Source: a virus
Taxonomy: Duplodnaviria; Caudoviricetes
IMG/VR virus record: IMGVR_UViG_3300014962_000007
Location: 1 to 58,897 of that record
DNA: 58,897 nucleotides
Direction: 5' to 3' (one strand)
This document shows, in pieces, positions 42,846-52,206 of this stretch. A program made the translations under genes and the position numbers. The notes under the pieces were generated by a model. That model did not search any database and had not been told where the DNA came from. It saw only the letters and a program-made list of their open reading frames with translations. The stretch's first letter is position 1. Every line of letters begins with the position of its first letter.

Positions 42846-45239
42846 TCAAGCAGTGATGGCCTGAAGCTCGCTATTGGCAAGGCGGTGGGGGTAGTAGGCG
42901 ATCTTGCGGATGTGGCCGTTAATTCTTGATGAGGAAAAATAAGGCGCATATCCAATGTTTAATTGGTTTACCACGGGTAGGGTCACCGTATTGTCTGTTG
43001 CAAGATTGCCACCGTTTACTGCGGTTGCACAATCGTCCGTTTTTACACCAATAGACCTCGCCAAAATTTGGTTGGCAGTGTAGCTAATAGAGCCTGTGTT
43101 CATTTGGCTCACATTATTTGTATTGATCAAAACCCTATCCGCCGAGCCGTTTACACCGTCAGTAATGGCAATGATGTTTGCGCCCGTTCCATCAGAAGCC
43201 ATCAACGGGATTTGATTTCCAGCTGCGTTCGCGCTTAACCTAGAGTATTGAGCATAAAAACTACCCTCATCAGCTCGATACCAGTTCGAGAAGTTCGCCC
43301 CCGTCATCACAGCCACATCAGCGGCTCGGGTGGCTGCTGCGGTGGTGGTGGGGATCACCGATGTTGCAAAGGCTCCCTGCTCCAGTTGGGGCAGGCCGAT
43401 GCGGAGGGTGATGTCGATGGCTGCGCCAACAGAGAACCCTGCAACCACTTGAGAACGGGCGAAGGCTGTCGTGGCATCCGCAAAAGTTAAGGCCCGAGAG
43501 GCACGGGTTGATCTAAGGCTTGCTTCACTTAGAAACGGCAAGAGAGACGTGTTGCCCGTGTCAGTCGTGCCTGCCCCACCGGAAGTAAGACCTGCGATGT
43601 TGAGGTTGACCGTTGAGATATTCGCGGTGCTGCCACCAACCATCCGGCAATAAGTAGACACTGTCCAAGTCTGCCCAGAGGACACGGCAACACTTGTTGC
43701 CGACTCAAACCGAACGCCGCACGAAGTGGACGTTGTAGTGCCAAACAGCCTGATGTCAATGTAGTTGATGCCGTTTTCAACACCAATGCCAACAACTTCT
43801 TGCGAAAGCGCGCCAACACCGCCGAGCGACCAGTTCGTTGGCAACGTCCCCGGCGTCCCTGCCACAGCTCCAACCATCATGTTGTTTCGGATGCTGTTTG
43901 TCCGCTGCTCCTCAATCAGCAGGCCCTTCGGAGCCAGCGTCACAGGGTCGTAGTCGAACCGAGGGCCGTAGTAGGCCGCTGCTGTGGGTGCTGCGCCGGG
44001 GTTGTACACGTACTGGTCAAGGCTTGCGCTGTCGCTCAGCTGTGCGCCCCAGATCAGGATGCCAGAGGTGCCGTCGCCGAGGTAACTGATTGCCGCCAAA
44101 CTTGCAGCCGAGCTGTTTGCCAACGCAAGCGTGATTGGTGCCGTTGCCGTGATTGTTGCCCGCAATGAAAATGAACAGCGATACCATCCACCTCCTACGG
44201 CCTGAATTGAAGATGCCGAAGGTGTGCCAGATGAGTTGACAGAGGTACCGTTGACAACATTAAAAGTTGCGCGGAAATTAGTTCCAAACGCAGCGGATGG
44301 AAGAACAATTTGTAAGAATCTACCAGCTTCTGCCTGTTTAACATACAAGGATGCTGTGTAAACAGCGCCCGCAGTAAACCCGGCACTTTGGTTCATTGAA
44401 TGAATTGTGTTCGCCGTGTTCTCCACCAACTTCTGCCCGGTCAGGCTTCCGTCTGGGGCCGTCACCTTTGTCGCGCTGATGCTGCTGTTGCTCTTAGTCC
44501 AAGCAGCGTTGTCGAACTCCTGCGTAAAACCCAGCAGGTTCTTCACCGTGGTGGTGTAGTACGGCTGCAATGCGCCTACGTTGAGTTGAGCGCCCCAGAC
44601 GTAGACCGAAACAGCCGAAGACTGATAATTAATTGCACCACGAACACCTGTGCTTGTGACTGTAAAGGTGCAAGAAACAGAAAACCGTTGCCAAGTCGTT
44701 CCAACATTTACGGTTTGCTGACCGCCATCTCCATCGGCAGCGTTGGCGCAGCGAATGGTTGTGGTTGTTGGAGCGTCTGCGCGAAGCCAGACGGAAAACG
44801 TGTAGGTGCTTCCGTTAGGGTCTGAAGTGGTTTGCAGATTGCGGATTGTGTTAGCACCAGCAGTTGTTCCGCTACTGACAACAAAATCGGCGGTGCTTGT
44901 CCCGTCAGGTGCAGTCGCAGCATTTGCAGTAACAACACAACTTGCTCCTTTGACCCACTGAGCATTATCAAACTGCTCCGAGTACGTCAGCATGTTGTGA
45001 GGTGCATAGCCAATCGTGCCATCAGAGTTCGTCACCGTGGCATTACTGGCTCGTGTGAAGGTGATGCGGGGGTCGAGCACCGGACCTCCGGTGGGTCCGG
45101 TCAAAAAGTTTAAGCCCAAAGAAGGGCCTTGCACAGTTTCTGAACTGCTCCCAACACCAGTCACGCCCATCGTACGCACGGCAGTAGCCGTGGTAGTCAT
45201 AGCGTAATCGGTTACCCCCGCAAAACCTATGTTGCTCAT
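42846..45239 (-). CDS. head/tail fibre with repeated carbohydrate-binding-like beta-sandwich modules
   Basis: TFTRASNAT anchor; N-L-L-x-S-E-x-F-D-N..W modules closed by WGAQL; GLLIEEQRTN; ATSVIPT..ATRAAD; NGHIRKIAYYP LamG-like C-terminus. Confidence 0.7.
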   Translation of the reverse strand: MSNIGFAGVTDYAMTTTATAVRTMGVTGVGSSSETVQGPSLGLNFLTGPTGGPVLDPRITFTRASNATVTNSDGTIGYAPHNMLTYSEQFDNAQWVKGASCVVTANAATAPDGTSTADFVVSSGTTAGANTIRNLQTTSDPNGSTYTFSVWLRADAPTTTTIRCANAADGDGGQQTVNVGTTWQRFSVSCTFTVTSTGVRGAINYQSSAVSVYVWGAQLNVGALQPYYTTTVKNLLGFTQEFDNAAWTKSNSSISATKVTAPDGSLTGQKLVENTANTIHSMNQSAGFTAGAVYTASLYVKQAEAGRFLQIVLPSAAFGTNFRATFNVVNGTSVNSSGTPSASSIQAVGGGWYRCSFSLRATITATAPITLALANSSAASLAAISYLGDGTSGILIWGAQLSDSASLDQYVYNPGAAPTAAAYYGPRFDYDPVTLAPKGLLIEEQRTNSIRNNMMVGAVAGTPGTLPTNWSLGGVGALSQEVVGIGVENGINYIDIRLFGTTTSTSCGVRFESATSVAVSSGQTWTVSTYCRMVGGSTANISTVNLNIAGLTSGGAGTTDTGNTSLLPFLSEASLRSTRASRALTFADATTAFARSQVVAGFSVGAAIDITLRIGLPQLEQGAFATSVIPTTTAAATRAADVAVMTGANFSNWYRADEGSFYAQYSRLSANAAGNQIPLMASDGTGANIIAITDGVNGSADRVLINTNNVSQMNTGSISYTANQILARSIGVKTDDCATAVNGGNLATDNTVTLPVVNQLNIGYAPYFSSSRINGHIRKIAYYPHRLANSELQAITA

Positions 45240-45556
45240 CGTCCGGGCATCCCTGCTTGAATGACAGTGGCCGTTGCCGTGCCAGTGCCAGAGTTCACAA
45301 ACACACGAATTGCGCGAACTGGAAACGCGTAGTTACCATCCGCCGCAGCTGTCTGCGAAGCCAAGGTAGGGTGGTTAAACCACGTGGGCGTAACCGACGC
45401 TGCCAAGATGTTATCAAACGTGTGCTGAATGGTGTAGTTCACCGTACCAGACACAACGACGCCAATCCCGGCATTAAACGGCGTCTGGTAGTGATCCATG
45501 ACGGCCATGCCGGAAGAAGCGCCCGTGCCTGTTTGTGTCAGGACAATTGGACGCAT
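45236..45556 (-). CDS. small virion beta-sandwich protein
   Basis: 106 aa, YTIQHTFD...W..HP...PVRAIR; SD AGGAG. Confidence 0.7.
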   Translation of the reverse strand: MRPIVLTQTGTGASSGMAVMDHYQTPFNAGIGVVVSGTVNYTIQHTFDNILAASVTPTWFNHPTLASQTAAADGNYAFPVRAIRVFVNSGTGTATATVIQAGMPGR

Positions 45557-45558
45557 GT

Positions 45559-45726
45559 TTACTCCTCTGTGGCAGCAGGAACGTCGTCAGCGGTTGGTGC
45601 GGGGGCTTCGACAGCCTCAGTCACTTTGGCTTTTTTCGGTGCTGCTTTTTTGATCGGATTGCCGTCGGCATCAAGGCCTCGGGCAGCAAGCTCTTCAACT
45701 GAAGGCGGGACAAAGCGATTGCTCAT
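45559..45726 (-). CDS. small protein
   Basis: PPSVEELAARG...KKAAPKKAK; SD AGGAG. Confidence 0.6.
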   Translation of the reverse strand: MSNRFVPPSVEELAARGLDADGNPIKKAAPKKAKVTEAVEAPAPTADDVPAATEE

Positions 45727-45737
45727 AACGGCTCCTA

Positions 45738-45962
45738 TCAAGAAGCTGCGATGGTGCCGCCCGTATCAGAACGCTTCCAGTTGGTTCCGTCTGAGAAGGC
45801 CAGAATTGCCGAGCCAGCTGCGCCATTGGACACGTAGATCAGCGTACCTGCGCCAGCGGTAGACGCGGAAGGGGCAGAAGCCACGGTGTAAGTAGGGACA
45901 GTGGCGGCGCCGATGAAACCGTTGGGCGAGGTGACCGGGCCGGAGAAAGTGGTAGAAGCCAT
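45738..45962 (-). CDS. small head-associated protein
   Basis: MASTTFSGPVTSPNGF...IYVSNGAAG...AFSDGTNWKR; SD GAGG. Confidence 0.75.
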   Translation of the reverse strand: MASTTFSGPVTSPNGFIGAATVPTYTVASAPSASTAGAGTLIYVSNGAAGSAILAFSDGTNWKRSDTGGTIAAS

Positions 45963-46044
45963 GATGATTCCTCACATGCGAGTTGGGGCGTTCTGTCTGC
46001 ATGTCGTCAGCCGGGACTGTCAGAACGCCGGATAACCCCGGAGT
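45963..46044 (-). ncRNA. candidate cis-regulatory RNA (stem plus pseudoknot) in the leader of post-capsid genes
   Basis: 9-bp stem GGCGTTCTG/CAGAACGCC (46029-45987); loop ACATGC complementary to GCATGT next to the SD. Confidence 0.5.
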
Positions 46045-46050
46045 GAAGGC

Positions 46051-46079
46051 AATATACCCCAAAAGAAAAGGGGGCACAA
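46051..46079 (-). promoter_or_regulatory. putative sigma70-like promoter embedded in the capsid terminator
   Basis: TTGTGC-17 bp-TATATT on minus strand. Confidence 0.4.
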
Positions 46080-46090
46080 GGCCCCCTTTC
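46061..46090 (-). terminator. rho-independent terminator after major capsid gene
   Basis: GAAAGGGGGC-CTTGT-GCCCCCTTTTCTTTT. Confidence 0.85.
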
Positions 46091-46109
46091 CGTTTTTCCA
46101 CCGTGGTGA

Positions 46110-47018
46110 TCAGGCGCCGGGGGAGCCGTACACACCCAGAGGATCAGACACGCCGAAGCTGTAACGCTCACGGGCCTTGTAGCGGCTGTTGCCGGTGTCA
46201 AAGTCAGCGTCCATGCCGGTTTGCATTGGCGTACGGACGAAGTGCTTCAGACCGTTGGGCACGTCGGTGGTCAGGAACCAAGCGTTGGTGTCCGTCAGGT
46301 AGTGGTTGACGGCATAACCTTCGGGGATGGAACCCATCGACTTCAGTGCGTTGATGTCGTTGTCGGCGGTAGCCACACGCAGTTCGGTCTTCAGCAGGCG
46401 CTCTGCAACGAATTGCAGGCTCGGCGGAACGATCAGCTTGCGGGGCTTGGCGGCGATCAGCAGACCACGTTCATCCGTCCATGCAGCGATCTGAATGACG
46501 GCGGCTTCCAGAGAAGTCTCGTTCAGGTCGGCAGCGACGGTGGGGCGGTTGCTGTTCACGCCACCGGACACCAGCGGGTGAGCGGTAGAGAACAGAGTCT
46601 GGCCGTCACCGTAGGTGGGGCCACCAGCGAAGCCTTGGTTCAGGATGTTGGCGGCTTTGACCTGCTTGGTGTAGGCCATAGCACGGGCAAGCGCCTTGGT
46701 GTAGCGGCTGGACAGCGAGTCGTACAGGTTGTCTTCGATGGCCTCTTCGGTCAGCGAGAAACCCATAGCGATGGTCTCGTGCACGTAACGTGCAGTCCAT
46801 GCTTCCTGAGCGTTGTCGTATGCCAGCGCGGAACCTTCGTTCTTCACCGGGGCGGCGCTGAAGCCAGAGAGCTTGGTCTCTTCTTCAAACGAACGCTCGG
46901 AGGTTTCGGTCTCGAAAATCTCCTTGTGCTCTTCGCCGTACTTCTTGTACTCCAGACCAAACAGTGCGTTCAGGCCGGGGAGCAGTTCTTTCAGCAGTTG
47001 TGCGCGACTAATAGCCAT
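46110..47018 (-). CDS. major capsid protein
   Basis: 302 aa MAISRAQLLKELLPGLNALFGLEY...; strongly biased codons, SD AAGGAG, followed by terminator; position after scaffold. Confidence 0.85.
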   Translation of the reverse strand: MAISRAQLLKELLPGLNALFGLEYKKYGEEHKEIFETETSERSFEEETKLSGFSAAPVKNEGSALAYDNAQEAWTARYVHETIAMGFSLTEEAIEDNLYDSLSSRYTKALARAMAYTKQVKAANILNQGFAGGPTYGDGQTLFSTAHPLVSGGVNSNRPTVAADLNETSLEAAVIQIAAWTDERGLLIAAKPRKLIVPPSLQFVAERLLKTELRVATADNDINALKSMGSIPEGYAVNHYLTDTNAWFLTTDVPNGLKHFVRTPMQTGMDADFDTGNSRYKARERYSFGVSDPLGVYGSPGA

Positions 47019-47028
47019 GATCTACTCC

Positions 47029-47622
47029 TTAGACGCCAGTGGTCGAGTTGTACTGGTGAGTGTTGAGCTTCACCAGAATTTCAGGGTAACCCGTGGTGGT
47101 CTTCGTGGCAGGAACCACGTCAATCACACGGATCGGCAGGGTGGCAGTCGTAGCTTCAGAGCCAGCCAGCACGGACTGACCGGAGTCGCCAGTGTTGGTG
47201 TTGCCGGTGCCTTGGATCACAGACATGTTTGCGCCACGAGCAGCGATGGTGGTGGTATCCACGACTTCGCTGGACGAGTTGGTCACAGCCACTTGGAACT
47301 GAGCCATCGGGTCATCAACCACGTAAGCCACGGCGTCAGAGGCAACGGTGCCGCTGGGCCAGTATTGGGCTTGCACGGGCTGCTTGGTGGTGGGGTTGGT
47401 GTAAGAACAGCCAACGAACACGCCAACCATAGCGCCAGAGGTGGTGCCGGTGAATTTTTGAATGGTGCCGCCCGTAACGAGTTCAACCAAGTCACCGTAG
47501 AAGATGTTTGCAGCGTAGCCGGAGGCGATCGTCAGTTGACGAGTTTGACCAGCGTACGGCATGCCATCAACACGGTTGACAGGCTTGAAGCCGTAGGGAG
47601 CAGAAACGGTGGGGTATGCCAT
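47029..47622 (-). CDS. capsid decoration/cement-like protein
   Basis: 197 aa PYGFKPV...IFYGDLV...GVFVGC.Y...AYVVDDP; immediately upstream of capsid gene. Confidence 0.6.
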   Translation of the reverse strand: MAYPTVSAPYGFKPVNRVDGMPYAGQTRQLTIASGYAANIFYGDLVELVTGGTIQKFTGTTSGAMVGVFVGCSYTNPTTKQPVQAQYWPSGTVASDAVAYVVDDPMAQFQVAVTNSSSEVVDTTTIAARGANMSVIQGTGNTNTGDSGQSVLAGSEATTATLPIRVIDVVPATKTTTGYPEILVKLNTHQYNSTTGV

Positions 47623-47640
47623 TTTCAGAACTCCAAAAAA

Positions 47641-48090
47641 TTAAGTGCCTTTACCGAAAGTGACCTTCGTTTTGCGCTCGTTGAAGAGCGGCATACGAGG
47701 ATCATTCTCGCGCATGAGATTGTTGTCAACGGAACGCATTTGGTTCGTCGATTCTCCAAGGAAGAATTCGTTACGATCCTCAACGAGTTCCTTCGGGGCT
47801 TTGCACAGCAGCAGGCCACCAATCAGGATGTTGTCTTTGAAGCGTTCGTTCTCGACGCCAGCCACAAAGATTTCCGGGTGATCCGATGCTTTGACAGGTT
47901 CCCAGCCTTCACGGAGTTTGAGGGACACGTTCATGGGGTCAACTTCACCACGAGTGCTCACGCGGACCCAGTGGAATTCATAGCCGTCCTCGGGCGTGGG
48001 GTTGGGCAGGGTGTCTGCGCGTACCCAAGCACGTTTACGGGCCGTTTTTTCACGGGTTTCATGCTCACGATTCAGTCTGTTCTCAGCCAT
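47641..48090 (-). CDS. conserved head-module protein
   Basis: W...LP.P...GY.FHWVR...REGWEPV...IGGLLLCK. Confidence 0.7.
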   Translation of the reverse strand: MAENRLNREHETREKTARKRAWVRADTLPNPTPEDGYEFHWVRVSTRGEVDPMNVSLKLREGWEPVKASDHPEIFVAGVENERFKDNILIGGLLLCKAPKELVEDRNEFFLGESTNQMRSVDNNLMRENDPRMPLFNERKTKVTFGKGT

Positions 48091-49126
48091 TTTGTTTCCT
48101 CATTTCCATTGCAACCTGTTTGGCGTATTCTTCCAGCGGCACACCAAGCCGTTTGGCCAATGCCACCTGCGTTTGCGTCAGCACGATTTTCTTGGGTGCA
48201 GTGCTGCGAGTAGCTGGTGCCACGACGTTCGTCTTGCGACGGGGCTTTGTTTCCTCTGGTTCGTCATCCTCGTCACCAAAGGCGTCGGGGAAGACTTGGC
48301 GCATACGAGAGTTAATCTTCTCGTAGTATTCGTCCGAGCGTGGATTCACGCCCTGTTTGACCAACTTCTGATGCAACCCCAGCGCAAAGCTGGTCATCTC
48401 ATCATCTTGACCGAACCACGCATTGTCTTTTTGCCACTGCACGGCCCGGTCATCAACGACTGCTGGGGCGGTTGTTTGAGTTTGTACCTCAGTTTCATCC
48501 TCTTGTAAAGAGGGCAGTTTGAGATTGTTTACTCGGTCTGCTTTCAGTTTTGCAGCAGTCATTTCCTCCTGTGCAGCAACTACAGCATCCGATTCGCCTG
48601 CATCGTATGCGGCTTTGAACTTGGCCTTGGCCTCCTCAAGCTCACGCTCGGCCATCTTCTTGGCCTGCTCCAGCATGGCTTGCTGGTTCTGGCCGACAGT
48701 ACCCTTGAGCTTCTTGTTCTCCTCAAGGAGACGGGCCGTCATGGCTTCCAATTCAGCCTTCTCGCGTGCTGCCTGTTCGGCGGCGCGGCGCTGGTCGTGG
48801 TAGCCCTTGCTGAAGTGCTGGAGGCGCTTCTTGACCTTCTCCGAGTAGTTTTCCAACTCCTCGTCAGTCAGGTCTTCAGGGGGAGTAGACGGCTTCTTGC
48901 CGCGATCTTTCTTGGGGGTGTCGTCCACCACCTCAATGTCGATGTCGTCTTCCTCAGCCTTTTGCTTCTTGGCTGCGGGCTTGTCGTCCTTGTCAGGCAC
49001 GTTCTCGAAGGGGTCACGACGACCGTCGATGACAATCTCCGCAGAGCCGTCATCCTTCATCTTGATGTCTTTGCTCGCGTCCCGATCAGGATCAGGAAAC
49101 GAGAACTCAACTTTTTCCATAGGCAT
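48083..49126 (-). CDS. capsid scaffolding protein
   Basis: Acidic N-terminus, long coiled coil, W...N.WFG, C-terminal LTQTQVALAKRLGVPLEEYAK. Confidence 0.7.
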   Translation of the reverse strand: MPMEKVEFSFPDPDRDASKDIKMKDDGSAEIVIDGRRDPFENVPDKDDKPAAKKQKAEEDDIDIEVVDDTPKKDRGKKPSTPPEDLTDEELENYSEKVKKRLQHFSKGYHDQRRAAEQAAREKAELEAMTARLLEENKKLKGTVGQNQQAMLEQAKKMAERELEEAKAKFKAAYDAGESDAVVAAQEEMTAAKLKADRVNNLKLPSLQEDETEVQTQTTAPAVVDDRAVQWQKDNAWFGQDDEMTSFALGLHQKLVKQGVNPRSDEYYEKINSRMRQVFPDAFGDEDDEPEETKPRRKTNVVAPATRSTAPKKIVLTQTQVALAKRLGVPLEEYAKQVAMEMRKQNG

Positions 49127-49137
49127 GGTATGCCTCC

Positions 49138-49515
49138 TTACGCACGCGTGATGCCACGCGGATCAGCCACGACTGCTTCGATGGAGTCGTCGTTCATCAG
49201 GCGGTATTCCACGCCGTTGACCCGGATGCGCGTGCCAGAGTTGGCGCGGAACACCACGAAGTCACCTACCTTGCACCAAGGGCCGTTGGGGAAACGATCC
49301 TTGTCAGCATAGGCTTGCTCGCCCATATCGAGCACCACACCAGTCACAGTCATCAACTGCTCCTCGTACATGGTTCGCTCGGACTTCACAATGCCCAACG
49401 TATTGAAGGTCTCTTCAATCTGCGGCAAAGCAATCAGCAACCGATACCCGACAGGCTTGGGCATCTGAGCCTCAATCTCCTCTTCGGTCACGGCGGTTTG
49501 GTTTTCACTCATCAT
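49138..49515 (-). CDS. groES: GroES-like co-chaperonin
   Basis: PKPVGYRLLI...GIV...GVVLDMG...CKVGDFVVF...G..I.VNGVEYRLMNDDSIEAVV (Cpn10 pattern). Confidence 0.8.
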   Translation of the reverse strand: MMSENQTAVTEEEIEAQMPKPVGYRLLIALPQIEETFNTLGIVKSERTMYEEQLMTVTGVVLDMGEQAYADKDRFPNGPWCKVGDFVVFRANSGTRIRVNGVEYRLMNDDSIEAVVADPRGITRA

Positions 49516-49702
49516 CTTCTTCCATTTGAGAACGCGAAAGGTCTTTGGTGGTTTGAATGGCAAGCTGGAGACCTCGAATCCTGCCTACCACTTCCTTGTA
49601 GTCGTCGAAGCTCTTTGCTCCGCCTCCTACCAAGAACTGTGTTGAGGAGGCCACGTCCTCCTCGTATTTCTGAATCAGCACGTCAAAGACGGTTTTGGCC
49701 AT
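49505..49702 (-). CDS. small conserved head-module protein
   Basis: 65 aa ...GGAKSFDDYKEVVGRIRGL; SD AAGGAG. Confidence 0.7.
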   Translation of the reverse strand: MAKTVFDVLIQKYEEDVASSTQFLVGGGAKSFDDYKEVVGRIRGLQLAIQTTKDLSRSQMEEDDE

Positions 49703-49705
49703 GGA

Positions 49706-52192
49706 TTACTCCTTCTTGCCGCTGGCTGGCGGCTTGGGCTGGTTCTTCGGCGTAGCCAGCACCTTCAGCGCATCGAGCTTCAGACGCTGTGCGTTCTGCT
49801 TTTCCTGCGACTGGATGCGCTTGCCCTCTTTCATGGCCTCGATCTGCACGCGCTCACGCTCCAGCATGAGCTTTTGCGCAGCGATCTGCATGTCGGCCTG
49901 CTGTTTTGCCTGAGCCAATGCGGCGTCGGCAGCGAGCTTCTGCGCCTTGGCCTGCACCTCGGTCTGCTTGACTTGCACCTTGGCCTGCTCCAACTGGAAC
50001 AGTGGGTCGGCGGCTTGTTGCTGAGCTTGCTGCTGGGCAGCTTGCTGCTGGTGCGCCTGAGCAACCTGCTTGCCAGCGTCGGCCACGAGCTTGGCCAACT
50101 GAACCTCGATGTCCTCGGGCAACTCCTCGTCGGGCGGGGGCAACTGAACACCCAGACGCTCCTCGATCTGCTTGCGGTAGCTGAAGCCCAAGTGCTCGGC
50201 GATGTGCGCTTGCAGCGCAGCCATGATCTGCTGGGCCATGGGGTTCTGGCCAATGCTGGCTGCGATCATCGGGTCTTGCATGAACGCCGTGTGTGCGGCG
50301 ATGTGGGCATCGTGATCTTGGTAGATGAACGCCTTCATGGGCTTGCCCACGAGTGCTGCCATGTTCTCGGACACAGGGTCTTTCGGCTTGGCGTCGTCGC
50401 TGGTTGGCACGATCTTGTCGGCGTTCTTGATGCCCAGCGTCTCGATCATCTGGCGGTGCAGATACGGCAGGTCATAAATCTGCGGCGCACTCTGGGCCAT
50501 CTGGAACACAGCCTGATACTGCACCACGCGCTGTGCCATCGTGCTGCTGTTCGGGTCGCTCACCGGGATGACATCGACCATCGAGTAGTCGCTCTTGCGG
50601 GCCATGACGTGGCCAGTCTCAGGCTCGTAGCTGTAGTCCTCGGGAGCGTAGTCAGCGATGATGGCCTTGAGGAGCTTGAACTCCTGCTTCATCGCGTAGT
50701 GCACACGGCTCTGAACAGCGGCCATGGGCTTGAGCGTACGCTCAAGGATTGCCAGCGTGGTGCCCACAGGTGCGTTTGCGCTCATGTCCGACACGTTCAT
50801 GTCAGAGATAGCGCCCAGACGCCGACCTTCTTCCGTGATTCGCTGGAGCAGCGCCAACAGAGTCTGGCTCGGCTCTTTGTACGGCAGCGGTACGAAGTTG
50901 TCCTTGATAGAGCCGCTGGGCACGTCCACGTCGCGCCACTCACCCGGAGCGATCGGCGTGTCGTCACCCTTGATGCGCATGCCTCGGGACTTCACACCAC
51001 CCGGCAGGTTGCTCAGGGTGCCAGCGTCGATCAACTGACGGATGATTGAGGTACCAGCGCGGGCGTAGCCACCAATGATGTGGATCAGGCCCAGACCGTA
51101 GAAGCCAAAGCCCGGCACGTACACGTAGTGTACGAAGTGGTTGCGCTTGAGCATCAGGGGGTCATCTTCCTCCCAGTTGCGGCGCACAGCCAGCACCTTG
51201 CCGGTGCCTTTGTCGATAGTCACCACGTACGGCTTGGCGAGGTCATTCTCCTCGTCGTCCACGCCCTCGATGCACAGGTTTGCGTGAATCTCCAGCAGCG
51301 CGTAGCGGTCGTCATCTTGCAGGGTGTAGCCACCCTCTTCGGCCTTTTTCTTCTCGATGTCCGTGTGGAACTGGACAGGCTCGCCCAACTCGCAGTCAAC
51401 GTAGAAGCCTGCGGCCATCAGACGCTCAACCTCGTTCTTGGTCTTGCGCATGACGTGCGTGACACGCTCGGCTTGCTCAATGTGGCTGGTGCCGTAAGGC
51501 ACGATGACATCTTCTGCGGGGAGGTAGATGCTGACCTGACGGCCAATGTTGGGGTCGAAGTAGACCTTCTTGAACGCAGAGCCTGCGAGGCCCAGCGAGT
51601 AGAGCATGCGCTCGTGCTCCGAGCGGTACTCCACCATCTTCTCGGTGATCTGGAAGTTCATGTCCTCGCGCACGCGCTCGGCAGCTTCTTCCTTCTCCTT
51701 GGTGAACTTGCCCAGAATCTTTGTCTTGACAGGCCCGGCAGCGGGGAATGTCTCGCTCATGGTCTCGGCTTGGAAGCGAATTGCCGCCTCGGCCAGCACC
51801 GTGGAGAACACACCTGATGCGCCGTCCCAAGGATCAGTGCGCTCCTCGTACTTGAAGCCCAGCACTTCGAGCCCCTTGACGAAGGTGTCGGCCCACTCCT
51901 TGCGTGATGTGATGTCAGCATCCACAAGTTCTGTGAGTTCCCCGGCGAGCTTTTGCAGCACGCCCTCGTCCATGAACTCGGCAAGGTTGTCGCCAAACTC
52001 ACCCTCAGCCTCGTCGTCGGCGCTCGGTTCAAGGTTGACCTCCACCGTACCATCGGGGAGTTCAACGATCTCAATCTCGCCCTCGCCCAGCGGGCCTTCG
52101 GCAATCTCTACCTCAAGATCAGTCGATTGATCTTCTTCGTCCAGCCCCTTGGGGGCTTGGTACAGACCGGGGCTCATGCTGTTCGATGCCAT
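49706..52192 (-). CDS. portal protein
   Basis: ~828 aa directly after TerL; SRKEW, EAAIRFQA, GSAFKKVY, GFYGLGLIH, Gln-rich C-terminal barrel-like tail. Confidence 0.85.
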   Translation of the reverse strand: MASNSMSPGLYQAPKGLDEEDQSTDLEVEIAEGPLGEGEIEIVELPDGTVEVNLEPSADDEAEGEFGDNLAEFMDEGVLQKLAGELTELVDADITSRKEWADTFVKGLEVLGFKYEERTDPWDGASGVFSTVLAEAAIRFQAETMSETFPAAGPVKTKILGKFTKEKEEAAERVREDMNFQITEKMVEYRSEHERMLYSLGLAGSAFKKVYFDPNIGRQVSIYLPAEDVIVPYGTSHIEQAERVTHVMRKTKNEVERLMAAGFYVDCELGEPVQFHTDIEKKKAEEGGYTLQDDDRYALLEIHANLCIEGVDDEENDLAKPYVVTIDKGTGKVLAVRRNWEEDDPLMLKRNHFVHYVYVPGFGFYGLGLIHIIGGYARAGTSIIRQLIDAGTLSNLPGGVKSRGMRIKGDDTPIAPGEWRDVDVPSGSIKDNFVPLPYKEPSQTLLALLQRITEEGRRLGAISDMNVSDMSANAPVGTTLAILERTLKPMAAVQSRVHYAMKQEFKLLKAIIADYAPEDYSYEPETGHVMARKSDYSMVDVIPVSDPNSSTMAQRVVQYQAVFQMAQSAPQIYDLPYLHRQMIETLGIKNADKIVPTSDDAKPKDPVSENMAALVGKPMKAFIYQDHDAHIAAHTAFMQDPMIAASIGQNPMAQQIMAALQAHIAEHLGFSYRKQIEERLGVQLPPPDEELPEDIEVQLAKLVADAGKQVAQAHQQQAAQQQAQQQAADPLFQLEQAKVQVKQTEVQAKAQKLAADAALAQAKQQADMQIAAQKLMLERERVQIEAMKEGKRIQSQEKQNAQRLKLDALKVLATPKNQPKPPASGKKE

Positions 52193-52206
52193 GCTCAATC
52201 CTTTGC

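Noticed and set aside
33560-45239. Diversity-generating retroelement acting on fibre genes
   Set aside because: No reverse transcriptase and no template/variable repeat pair differing at adenines; repeats seen are in-frame structural duplications.
45996-46020. Hammerhead ribozyme (CUGACGA core)
   Set aside because: No stem II followed by GAAA and no matching cleavage-site helix.
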